This document shows, in pieces, positions 54,602-62,717 of a DNA stretch of 64,000 bases. The translations under genes were made by a program, and so were the position numbers. A model generated the notes under the pieces. That model had not been told where the DNA came from. It ran no database searches and saw only the letters and a program-made list of their open reading frames with translations. The DNA is from a virus (Duplodnaviria > Caudoviricetes): positions 96,001-160,000 of IMG/VR virus record IMGVR_UViG_3300020576_005251. One strand, given 5' to 3'. Each line of letters begins with the position of its first letter. Positions within the stretch are counted from its first letter, which is position 1.

Positions 54602-54986
54602 CGTCCGCATCCTCTTCGTCTTCGTCGTCCTCTTCGTCTTCGTCTTCTTCCTCGATGATCGCCTCTTCTTCCTCCGCCGCGAAGGCTTCGAACACGTCGG
54701 CGTCGCTCTGCGTGTCGACGAGGCGCCCGCCGCCCAGCAGCTTCACGGTCCTCACCTCCCAGTCGTACACGTCCTCGATGCCCTCCAGGAAGAGTTCGAC
54801 GTGATCTTCGTCTTCCGACTCCACCAGGAACGCGGCACTGAGCTGGGTCCAGGACCCATGCCCGTCGTGAACGCGAAGCACTTGATGGAGCAGGACCCCC
54901 TTCGCCACGCGGCTGTGTGCGAAGAGCTCCTCCCCCTCGGGGATGGACGCCTCGATGTCGAGGCGCGCAGAAACCAGAAACTTCAT
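54594..54986 (-). CDS. highly acidic protein
   Basis: Poly-E/D C-terminus. Confidence 0.6.
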   Translation of the reverse strand: MKFLVSARLDIEASIPEGEELFAHSRVAKGVLLHQVLRVHDGHGSWTQLSAAFLVESEDEDHVELFLEGIEDVYDWEVRTVKLLGGGRLVDTQSDADVFEAFAAEEEEAIIEEEDEDEEDDEDEEDADDE

Positions 54987-55354
54987 GATGACCTCAGGTG
55001 TTGATGGTGGTTGAGAAGCAGTTCAGGTACCAGAACGCCGCACGTGTCGCAGAGTTCCGCAGAGACACCCTCCGTCAGGTAGAGCGTCTCAAGCATGGGA
55101 TAGAGCACGAGGAGTGAGGTGGGTTCACCCAGGCGCTTCTTGAGAATGACGTGGAGATCGAGCGCGATGTCCCAGCACGCGTCGGACCGGAATCGAGCTT
55201 CATCTTGAAGTACTCGCTCCTGATACTCCTCCGGGTAGCCGAGATGAAACACCCCCTCGAAGACCTTGCGACAGGTCTCCACCTTGTTCGCGTCGAGCCA
55301 TCGTTCGAGGCGGTCGACCCAGGGGGTGTAGGGTTCGATGGGGTAGAAGAGCAC
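54983..55354 (-). CDS. hypothetical protein with C-terminal CxxC..H..H
   Basis: CDTCG...HHQH. Confidence 0.55.
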   Translation of the reverse strand: MLFYPIEPYTPWVDRLERWLDANKVETCRKVFEGVFHLGYPEEYQERVLQDEARFRSDACWDIALDLHVILKKRLGEPTSLLVLYPMLETLYLTEGVSAELCDTCGVLVPELLLNHHQHLRSS

Positions 55355-55357
55355 GGG

Positions 55358-55984
55358 CTACTTGTCCTTGGGGGGTTCGAGGGGATCTGTCGAGATGGTC
55401 ACCTTGTCGATCGCCCGGCCCCTCCCCGTCACGATCACATCCAAGGGGATCATGTGCCCCTTCACCATGTTCTCCTGAAGCTCCCGCACCAACCTCTCCC
55501 GCTCCGGCGCCGGGATCGCCGCACCCATCACGTGGATCGGCCCCTCCTCCTTCGACACGTCCGCGCCGAAGCTCCACCGCCCCGAGTCCCAGACGTGCTT
55601 GCAGTGGTAGCACCTGTGCGTGTGATGCGGCCGACGCCGCCCGTCGATCTCCAGGTTGTCGAAGCGCGCGCCCTCGATGTGCTGCTTGCCACACTTCGGA
55701 CACGCGATGTACTCGCGCGGGAGGGCTTCATCGCACACCCGCTGAAACCGCGCCAGCTCCTTCGCCTGCTCGATGACCGTTCGGCAGAGCTCGGGGAGCT
55801 TGTTGATCGCGGTCACGATCAGCATTGCGTCGGAGTGCCCCTCCTCTGAGTGAGGGATCCTCGCGAGCTCCCCCTCGGCGTGCTCGATGATGTAGTCGTC
55901 GCCATCGTCGCTCATCCAGACGGGGCGAAGCAGGAACGCTTCGGCATCTTCGAGGATGGACTGGGCTTGGTCAGGGCTCATCAC
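55358..55984 (-). CDS. Zn-finger protein
   Basis: CPKCGKQH...HHTHRCYHC. Confidence 0.6.
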   Translation of the reverse strand: MMSPDQAQSILEDAEAFLLRPVWMSDDGDDYIIEHAEGELARIPHSEEGHSDAMLIVTAINKLPELCRTVIEQAKELARFQRVCDEALPREYIACPKCGKQHIEGARFDNLEIDGRRRPHHTHRCYHCKHVWDSGRWSFGADVSKEEGPIHVMGAAIPAPERERLVRELQENMVKGHMIPLDVIVTGRGRAIDKVTISTDPLEPPKDK

Positions 55985-56307
55985 TTGAGCATCTCCCGCA
56001 CCTGATACACCCGCTCTTCCACCTTCACATCGAACGCGCGCAGCGCGTTGTCGAACGTAGAGCCTTCCCCATCCGCGATGGCGCTACCGTCTTCGCAGAG
56101 CGAGACCCGCCACCCGCTCAGTCGGGCCTTCTTGATCGGGCAGAAGGCTCCCGGCAGTTCGATCGAGAAGACCACATTCTCCGGGGCCACGATCCGCCCA
56201 GGGCTCTCGGGCACTACCGTCTGGTACGCCACCAGCGCCCGTCGAAACACTTGCTCCAGCTCTCTCATGCTTCCTCCATACGCCGTATTGGCGTCAGTCC
56301 CCGTCAT
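55981..56307 (-). CDS. hypothetical protein
   Basis: Alternative start MRELEQ after GGAGG. Confidence 0.55.
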   Translation of the reverse strand: MTGTDANTAYGGSMRELEQVFRRALVAYQTVVPESPGRIVAPENVVFSIELPGAFCPIKKARLSGWRVSLCEDGSAIADGEGSTFDNALRAFDVKVEERVYQVREMLK

Positions 56308-56738
56308 ACGTCTTGCGGATCTTCTTGCCCGTGAGCTCTTCGGCGTGCTGGATGTACTGGGCGGCGCGGGGATAGTAACAGCCTGAAGTGCTTTCGATGA
56401 CCCTGAAGATCACCTTCGACATTCCGTTCGAGCCCCACGTAGACGATGGTCGTCACCCCACGCATCATGGCCTGCTGGATCGTCAGCCACACGAAGTCTC
56501 CGTGGCACGGCCGACAGAGCATGACCGTCGTCGCCGCGATGAACGGGTAGCAGGTCCCGTCACCTCGGATGGTCTTGCTCTCAGGGAACAGGTCGAGTCC
56601 GACCCCCCCGATCCCGATCTCGCGCAGCCCCTCCGACGTGTGTCCGTCTCCCGCACCCACCTCGAACACGAACTGGTTGCGCAGGAACTTCTTCGCCCAC
56701 GCAAAGAAAGCGGGGGTTGGTTCAAAGAACCTCGACAT
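56304..56738 (-). CDS. class I SAM-dependent methyltransferase-like protein (short)
   Basis: FEVGAGDG motif I; GLDL; CRPCH. Confidence 0.6.
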   Translation of the reverse strand: MSRFFEPTPAFFAWAKKFLRNQFVFEVGAGDGHTSEGLREIGIGGVGLDLFPESKTIRGDGTCYPFIAATTVMLCRPCHGDFVWLTIQQAMMRGVTTIVYVGLERNVEGDLQGHRKHFRLLLSPRRPVHPARRRAHGQEDPQDV

Positions 56739-57279
56739 CTTCCACCCTCTCTCGGTACTCCACCGCCAGGAGGTAGGTGGGGTCGGCCTCGCTCGACTCG
56801 AACGACACCCCGATGGATTCGAACTCCTCCTCCGTCTTCTCCCGCCAGCGATCGTCGTCGTACGCCTCGTGAGAGCCCGTGCCGCCGCATCGCGAGCAGA
56901 GCGGGTCGATCCGCGCCAGCTTCTTGTTCAGGCGATCAGCAGCCGCCACGACGCGCTCGGGCCACTTGCCATCCGACCAGTCTCCGTACCTTTTGACCCA
57001 CAGCCTCCGCCGCCGCCTGTTCTCGTTCTTCCACTTCCGGATGATCCGTCGCTTGAGTGGCGGCTTCGCGTCTCCCGTGCCCTGACACACCGGGCAGTCG
57101 TCCAGGTTGCCGCAGGCGAAGGGCATGTAGAACTTACCGCTGGGGTAGTTCTGGAACACGGATCCGAGGCCGATCGCTCGCGTCTCCCGCCCTGAGTCGT
57201 GATCGCAGACTTCCCACAGCTCACTGTCGAGCGCGGCGCGGATCTTGTCGAGATGCCAGCCGGTGACGACGGGCTTCAC
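56722..57279 (-). CDS. DnaJ-type Zn-finger repeat protein
   Basis: CPVCQGTG ... CSRCGGTG. Confidence 0.6.
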   Translation of the reverse strand: MKPVVTGWHLDKIRAALDSELWEVCDHDSGRETRAIGLGSVFQNYPSGKFYMPFACGNLDDCPVCQGTGDAKPPLKRRIIRKWKNENRRRRRLWVKRYGDWSDGKWPERVVAAADRLNKKLARIDPLCSRCGGTGSHEAYDDDRWREKTEEEFESIGVSFESSEADPTYLLAVEYRERVEDVEVL

Positions 57280-57461
57280 GCCCCCTCCTTGGGTAGGTCG
57301 CGATAGCTCATGCGGATCTCTCCGAACAGCCACAGGACGATCAAGACGACGATGGTCGTCTTGTACTCGCCCGCGTAGGTGACCACGGCCAGGAGTACCG
57401 CGCATGCGAGGTTGATACTATTGGCCCCCACCGCGACCATCACCCGCGTTAGTTTGTCCAC
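57276..57461 (-). CDS. small two-TM membrane protein
   Basis: Hydrophobic, 61 aa. Confidence 0.55.
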   Translation of the reverse strand: MDKLTRVMVAVGANSINLACAVLLAVVTYAGEYKTTIVVLIVLWLFGEIRMSYRDLPKEGA

Positions 57462-57496
57462 TTGACACCTTCTTCCGTTTCTTATCTACTTCTACC

Positions 57497-57781
57497 ATGG
57501 ATGTCACCGGCCACCAGCTGGATGCGCTGATACGCCGTACGCGAGACTTCGCGCCGTGCGCCACCCTTCTCGCCATCCGTGACCACTACCGAACCACGGT
57601 CTGGGGGCGCTTCTGCTTCGCCCCCGACCGGCAAGCCCCGCTCTTCGAAGCCTACCATCGAAGATCCCTCGAACCCTTCTCCTATCCTGATCTCGACGCC
57701 GAGATCGACCGCACCAACACCATCACCATCACGCTGGAGGCCCCCTATGACACGCTGGCTCAGGAAGTCATTCGTCCGTGA
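57497..57781 (+). CDS. hypothetical protein
   Basis: ATG ORF, phage-like codon usage. Confidence 0.5.
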   Translation: MDVTGHQLDALIRRTRDFAPCATLLAIRDHYRTTVWGRFCFAPDRQAPLFEAYHRRSLEPFSYPDLDAEIDRTNTITITLEAPYDTLAQEVIRP

Positions 57782-58115
57782 CACGATCGACAAGTCCATC
57801 GACCGCATCCGTGCGCAGAAGGCGTCGGTCGATGAGAAGATGGACCAAGCCCGTCTGCCTCACAACGAAGAGGCCCGCGCGATCGTGCGGTATCAAGTGC
57901 TCGAACAGATCGACCGTCACTGCAACGGGCTCCTGAGCGAGCGCGACTACTGGTGCGCGGGATGGTTCCCCTGGGTGGCGGTGCCGTTCGACGTGTGGCG
58001 CAACTGGCACCAGTCGGGTCAGCTGGGTATCGTCTATGCCCCGCCCAGCCTCATCGGCGGGCTCGACCCTTTCCTCATCCCGTCTTCGCGCGACTACACC
58101 AACCTCCCCTCATGA
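57747..58115 (+). CDS. hypothetical protein
   Basis: GGAGG RBS. Confidence 0.5.
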   Translation: MTRWLRKSFVRDTIDKSIDRIRAQKASVDEKMDQARLPHNEEARAIVRYQVLEQIDRHCNGLLSERDYWCAGWFPWVAVPFDVWRNWHQSGQLGIVYAPPSLIGGLDPFLIPSSRDYTNLPS

Positions 58116-58399
58116 ACATCCGCAAGCTGATCAAGAGCCTCCCCACCGGCTTCGCCGACGAGGCGCACGCCATGGGCCCCGAAGAGCTCAAGGCTGCGGT
58201 CATCACCTGTGAGGCGAACATCGCCGAGAGCGAGCGGGCCAAAGAGAACGACGACGACCTGCGCGCCGCCCAGGAGCGACTGAAGGACTTGAACGGCGCC
58301 TACGCCGATGCAGTCAAGGCCCAGCGTGCCAAGATCCGCTACCTCATGCTTCAGCTGGAGCAGAAGGGGTTGCTGCTGCACGAGGGGGATGACGAGTAA
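58112..58399 (+). CDS. coiled-coil hypothetical protein
   Basis: ATGA overlap. Confidence 0.6.
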   Translation: MNIRKLIKSLPTGFADEAHAMGPEELKAAVITCEANIAESERAKENDDDLRAAQERLKDLNGAYADAVKAQRAKIRYLMLQLEQKGLLLHEGDDE

Positions 58400-58451
58400 A
58401 GAAAGAGGGGAGCGGCGTACGGCGTACGACCGAAGTCGTACGCCGTACGCG
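58397..58451. terminator. terminator between convergent genes; stem of two TACGSCGTA copies, UUCG loop on minus strand
   Basis: GCGTACGGCGTACGAC-CGAA-GTCGTACGCCGTACGC. Confidence 0.75.
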
Positions 58452-58459
58452 AGAAGGGA

Positions 58460-58885
58460 TCAGAGGTGGGTGGTGTGTCCGGAGCGCGCGGCCTCGGCCT
58501 GGGCGTGCATGCGGTCGAACCGCTCCTGCTGCATGACGGCGCGCGCCTCCATGCGCAGCCGCGCCACCTGCGCGGCGTTCGGGCCGAGGTGCGCGCGCCG
58601 CTGCCACCGGGGGCGCGTGTCGCGCTCCTCGGGGAGGATCGAGACGACCCCCGCCTCGCGGTGGGTCTGGACGTACGTCGCCGTGGCGACGACGCGGGCG
58701 GCGAGCTCGGTCGGGAGCGGACGGCCCTTGAAGACGACCTTCAGCCCCACGCGCCCCTTCACCGAGGCGGGGAGCGTCGCGGGAACGAAGTGCGCGTTCG
58801 CGGCGAGGTGGGCGATGAGCGGGAGCCGGAGCTCGCCCGAACGGGGGGTGACGATCGACATGTCCTGCTTGATGAACTTCGCCAT
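58460..58885 (-). CDS. basic hypothetical protein
   Basis: AGGAGG RBS; promoter motif 58924-58937. Confidence 0.65.
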   Translation of the reverse strand: MAKFIKQDMSIVTPRSGELRLPLIAHLAANAHFVPATLPASVKGRVGLKVVFKGRPLPTELAARVVATATYVQTHREAGVVSILPEERDTRPRWQRRAHLGPNAAQVARLRMEARAVMQQERFDRMHAQAEAARSGHTTHL

Positions 58886-58987
58886 GACTGCGTTCCTCCT
58901 GAGCCCACTTCACGGGCTCATGTCTTATACCTGAAAACCCCTTCACTTTTGGGTTGCGTCTTGCACTACTTAGTGTAACCTCTTCGC

Positions 58988-59818
58988 ATGCCCACCCCCC
59001 TCGTCATCTATCACGCCGACTGCATGGATGGCCTCGCTGCCGCCTGGGCGGTCAGCAAGGCGCACCACAACGGCGTCGAGCTCCACGCCGCACAGTACCC
59101 CGACCCCCCGCCGCCCAACTGCGCAGGCCGCGATGTGATCATCGTCGACTTCTCCTACCCCCGCGAGCAAGTCGAAGAGATCCACCGGGTCGCCAAGTCG
59201 CTCATCATCCTCGACCACCACAAGACCGCTGAGGAGGCCCTCAAGGACCTTCCGTACGCCGTCTTCGACCCGAAACGTTCGGGGGCGGCGATGGCGTGGG
59301 ATCACTTCAACCCGGGAAAGCCGCGCCCCTGGAAGATCAACTACGTCCAGGACCGCGACCTGTGGACCTGGGCGCTGCCGAACTCCAACGCGGTGAATGC
59401 GTACATCCGGACGCGGGTGCGAACCGTGGAGGACTTCGATGAGCTCTTCCCGCTCGACATGCCCACGCGGGAGATCGACCTGGGGTCGATGGTGCTCGAC
59501 GCGGAGGCGTCGTACGTTCGGGAGACGATGAAGCACGCGCGGGAAGGGATCCTCCGCCGTAGCTTCGCGGACACTGTCCGCCCGGTCCCCATCGTCAACG
59601 CAGGCACCTACTGCCACTCCGAACTCCTCGGCGAACTCGCCAAGGGCGCCGACTTCGCGGTCGGCTGGTTCGCCACCGCCAGGGGCACCTACCGCTACTC
59701 CCTGAGGTCGGATCCGCAGGGTCTCGATGTCTCCGCCATCGCCAAGCTCTTCGGCGGTGGCGGACACAAGCACGCAGCCGGATTCGAAGTCGATCAACCC
59801 GTTCACACCTACGTCTGA
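58988..59818 (+). CDS. DHH/DHHA1 family phosphoesterase
   Basis: YHADCMDG, VDFS, LDHH, DRDLW, SLRS, GGGGHKHAAG motifs. Confidence 0.9.
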   Translation: MPTPLVIYHADCMDGLAAAWAVSKAHHNGVELHAAQYPDPPPPNCAGRDVIIVDFSYPREQVEEIHRVAKSLIILDHHKTAEEALKDLPYAVFDPKRSGAAMAWDHFNPGKPRPWKINYVQDRDLWTWALPNSNAVNAYIRTRVRTVEDFDELFPLDMPTREIDLGSMVLDAEASYVRETMKHAREGILRRSFADTVRPVPIVNAGTYCHSELLGELAKGADFAVGWFATARGTYRYSLRSDPQGLDVSAIAKLFGGGGHKHAAGFEVDQPVHTYV

Positions 59819-59826
59819 GGTTTCAC

Positions 59827-60540
59827 ATGAAGTCACCCGTCGCCTTCTGCGGTCGCAAGAAGTCTGGCAAGTCCACCATGGCCGCGTACCTCGTCTCCAA
59901 GGGGTACACCGAGCTCTCGCTCGCGGCTGAGCTCAAGACCCTCGCGGTCATGCTCTTCCCGAGCGTGCTCACCCCGGCCCGCGTCAACGCCACCTCCGAC
60001 GCCAAGGATGCCGTGTTCACGCCCGCCGAGCGTCGGGCGTCGGCGAACAACTCCCTCGCAGCCACCACATCCATTCGCCACGACCCCGATGTGCGCGCCG
60101 TGCTCACCAAGCTCTTCTCGGGCGCGGAGAAGCCGCCCACGAACTACGAGATGTCGGACCGCTTCGCCCGCGTCTTCGCGAACGTCGAGCGATCTCTCGC
60201 GAGCCCCCGCACCATCCTCCAGGTGCTCGGCACGGAGTGGGGGCGCTCTCTCTGGGAGGACGTGTGGCTGAACAGCGTACGGCGTACGATCGTGGACAAG
60301 CCCGGCCTCTACGTGATCCCCGACGCGCGCTTCCCCAACGAGCTCACCTACCTCAAGCAGCGCCTGGGGGCCTCGTGTTACTGGCTGGAGGCGGAGACGC
60401 GCCTGGGCCCCAACAAGGACGAGCACGCGTCGGAGCCCAAGCGCGAGGCGCTGATCGGCCAGTGCGACGGTGAGATCGACACCAACGGCCCGGTGGGCGA
60501 TTCGTACGCCCAGGTCGAGCGCCTCATCCTCGCGACCTGA
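59827..60540 (+). CDS. deoxynucleoside monophosphate kinase (T4 gp1/T5 dnk-like)
   Basis: GRKKSGKST P-loop; PRTILQVLGTEWGR; DARFPNE; HASE. Confidence 0.85.
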   Translation: MKSPVAFCGRKKSGKSTMAAYLVSKGYTELSLAAELKTLAVMLFPSVLTPARVNATSDAKDAVFTPAERRASANNSLAATTSIRHDPDVRAVLTKLFSGAEKPPTNYEMSDRFARVFANVERSLASPRTILQVLGTEWGRSLWEDVWLNSVRRTIVDKPGLYVIPDARFPNELTYLKQRLGASCYWLEAETRLGPNKDEHASEPKREALIGQCDGEIDTNGPVGDSYAQVERLILAT

Positions 60541-60541
60541 G

Positions 60542-62635
60542 CTACTTGTCCTTCACGTCCAGCTTCACCCGCTGCTTGACTTCCTTCGGAGGGAGCAGCA
60601 GCGGGTGCTTGTTGCTGGCGACCATATCCTCGACACCCATGGGCTTGTAGGTAGACTTGCCGATGTGCCACCCGAGGGTGCCGCCGAGCAGCGGGGCACC
60701 GACCTGAGACGCGAAGAAGAGCGGTAGGGACAACACCCTCGCGGCGGTCGGATGTTTCGCACCGAGGGCGTTCACTGCCTTCAGCGTCACCGCAGGCGCC
60801 CCTGGGATGCCCAGGAATGTACCGGCCAGGGTCCCCCACATCGCTCCCTGCGCCGCCCGGTTGATCTGCTTCTTCTCGTTCACCTTCGCCACTTGCCCCA
60901 GCGAGGCGTAGCCCATGTTCAGCAGATCGTCCTGCATCTGCTGAGCCATCAGGCGCGGCTTGCCCTCGAACTTCTCGTGCAGCTGCTCGGTCGCGAAGCC
61001 GTGGTTGAACTCGCTGTCCAGAGTCACCCCGGCCGGGTGCATGTATCGCAGGAGCCGCTTGCGCTTCTGCTGGACGACCGTCACTCCGTCCATGGCCTTG
61101 ACCACGTCGTCGAAGCTCGCTCGCTCGGCGCTGAGCTTCTGCCACAGTGGGCGCTTGAGTGGACCTCGGTCGCTCGCCTCTTGCAGCGCGCTCGCGATGT
61201 CCTTCGCGAGGATCCCCTTCTGCTCCGACGTGTGCGAGAGGTACTGCTCGATCGACTTCTTGGGCTTCATCCCGATCAGGAATGACGCCTTGTCGATCAA
61301 GTCTTCAGGGAGCTTCGAGTGATACTTCATCACTCGGACTTCCCGCTCTTCCTCGGGGAGGTGCTCGTGGCTCTTGTACCGGATGCCACGCCCGATCACC
61401 TGCTCGATGCGCGAGGGATTCCAGTGCGGTTCCATCAGCTGAATCGAACGCGTGCCCTTCAGGTCGAGACCCTCCGACCCGGCGCCCGACAGCAGGAGTA
61501 GCGGGGTCTTCCCGGAGTTGTAGTCCTCGATCATGGTTCGACGCTGCGTGGGGGACACCGACCCGGTGAACACGTTGTGCGCGACGCCCTGCTGCGTCAG
61601 CGCACGGCTCAGCGGCAGGATCCCCGAGTCGAGGTAGTTCGAGTAAACCACGCCCCGATGGTTGGGGTTCTTCGAACGCATCTCGTTGAGGTGCTGGAGC
61701 ATCAAGTTGAGCTTGCGCGAGTCCTTGATCTCCTGCTCGTCGGTCATGGAAGGGTCGTATGCACGTGCGGTGTTCGACACCTGACGCAGCGCCCCCTGGA
61801 ACGCATTCAGATCCTTGGACTCGCTCTTGTCCAGCGGGAGCCCCGAGCGAATCTTGGCGCGCAAGTACCACGGCATGGAGCCCTCGTGGAACTTGTAGTA
61901 CTCGTTTTGCTTGGACCCGAGAGGCACCTCATGCAGCTCATCGATCCGACGCGGGAAGCCCTCCCCGCCGCCCTGGTGTACGTCCACGTAGCCGGTGGCC
62001 GCGTCCACGAGGCGCTGTCGATTCACGAGCGCGGGCACCGTGACGTTGTCCACTGGATGGCCGAGGAGCTGCCCCTTCATGCGATCCCACAGCGGCGCCT
62101 GGATGGTCTTGGTCCCCACGAAGGTCTGACCGAACAGCTTTGGATCATCCGGCAACACCTTGCGTCCCGCAGCGGTGTTGAGCAGGATCGCGAGGTCGTG
62201 CGCCTGATTGTACACGGGAGTGCCGGTGAGGAGCAGCCGATCCTTCGCCTGGGCGACCTCCTGGGCGATGTGCTTCGCGATGCCGGTGCCCGCGTTGCGC
62301 GCCTTGTGCGCCTCGTCCATCACGGCGAGGCCGTCCTTGCGTACGTCGCGCTCCTTGAGGGTTCGCTCGTAGGACCGCACGCGCGCCCCATCGGGGATCC
62401 CTCCCGTGTGCTTGATCATCTCCTTCTGGTAGTTGGGGACCAGAGGGGCGGGGACGATGGCCTCGATGGGCTCATCCAGGGCGTCGCCTGCGGCGATGGA
62501 GGTCAGGGTCTTTCCGCTTCCCAAGCCATGCGCCACCAACACCCCATGCGACGCCTTCAGCTTGTCAATCACCCGCTGCTGGTGAGGCTGTAGCGGCGTG
62601 CGGAGGTCGGCGGTCTTCAGGTAGAGGGCGTGCAC
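60542..62635 (-). CDS. SNF2-like SF2 helicase/ATPase with C-terminal hydrophobic extension
   Basis: HGLGSGKT, DEAH, LTGTP, EGLDL, QVIGRGIR motifs. Confidence 0.9.
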   Translation of the reverse strand: MHALYLKTADLRTPLQPHQQRVIDKLKASHGVLVAHGLGSGKTLTSIAAGDALDEPIEAIVPAPLVPNYQKEMIKHTGGIPDGARVRSYERTLKERDVRKDGLAVMDEAHKARNAGTGIAKHIAQEVAQAKDRLLLTGTPVYNQAHDLAILLNTAAGRKVLPDDPKLFGQTFVGTKTIQAPLWDRMKGQLLGHPVDNVTVPALVNRQRLVDAATGYVDVHQGGGEGFPRRIDELHEVPLGSKQNEYYKFHEGSMPWYLRAKIRSGLPLDKSESKDLNAFQGALRQVSNTARAYDPSMTDEQEIKDSRKLNLMLQHLNEMRSKNPNHRGVVYSNYLDSGILPLSRALTQQGVAHNVFTGSVSPTQRRTMIEDYNSGKTPLLLLSGAGSEGLDLKGTRSIQLMEPHWNPSRIEQVIGRGIRYKSHEHLPEEEREVRVMKYHSKLPEDLIDKASFLIGMKPKKSIEQYLSHTSEQKGILAKDIASALQEASDRGPLKRPLWQKLSAERASFDDVVKAMDGVTVVQQKRKRLLRYMHPAGVTLDSEFNHGFATEQLHEKFEGKPRLMAQQMQDDLLNMGYASLGQVAKVNEKKQINRAAQGAMWGTLAGTFLGIPGAPAVTLKAVNALGAKHPTAARVLSLPLFFASQVGAPLLGGTLGWHIGKSTYKPMGVEDMVASNKHPLLLPPKEVKQRVKLDVKDK

Positions 62636-62648
62636 CCTCTTAGGATAG

Positions 62649-62707
62649 CCAAAAGAAGGGGTGTCCGTCTACGGCGTACGCCCCAGGGCATGGGGCGTAC
62701 GCCGTAT
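62649..62707 (-). terminator. terminator with stem of two TACGSCGTA copies
   Basis: TACGGCGTACGCCCCA-loop-TGGGGCGTACGCCGTA; TTCTTTT downstream on minus strand. Confidence 0.65.
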
Positions 62708-62717
62708 CGGCTGGTTG

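Larger units (their letters stand above)
232..62706. repeat. dispersed palindromic motif RTACGSCGTAY (at least 35 copies of the 9-bp core)
   Basis: Positions listed in findings. Confidence 0.9.

Noticed and set aside
14000-57400. Long + strand ORFs in the track (e.g. 18760-19692, 20718-21770, 46757-47680)
   Set aside because: Antisense shadows of high-GC minus-strand genes; no RBS, Arg/Pro-biased, no motifs.
232-62706. Motif as HIP1, Chi or a restriction site
   Set aside because: Sequence differs from HIP1 (GCGATCGC) and Chi is non-palindromic; restriction sites are usually depleted, not enriched, in phages.
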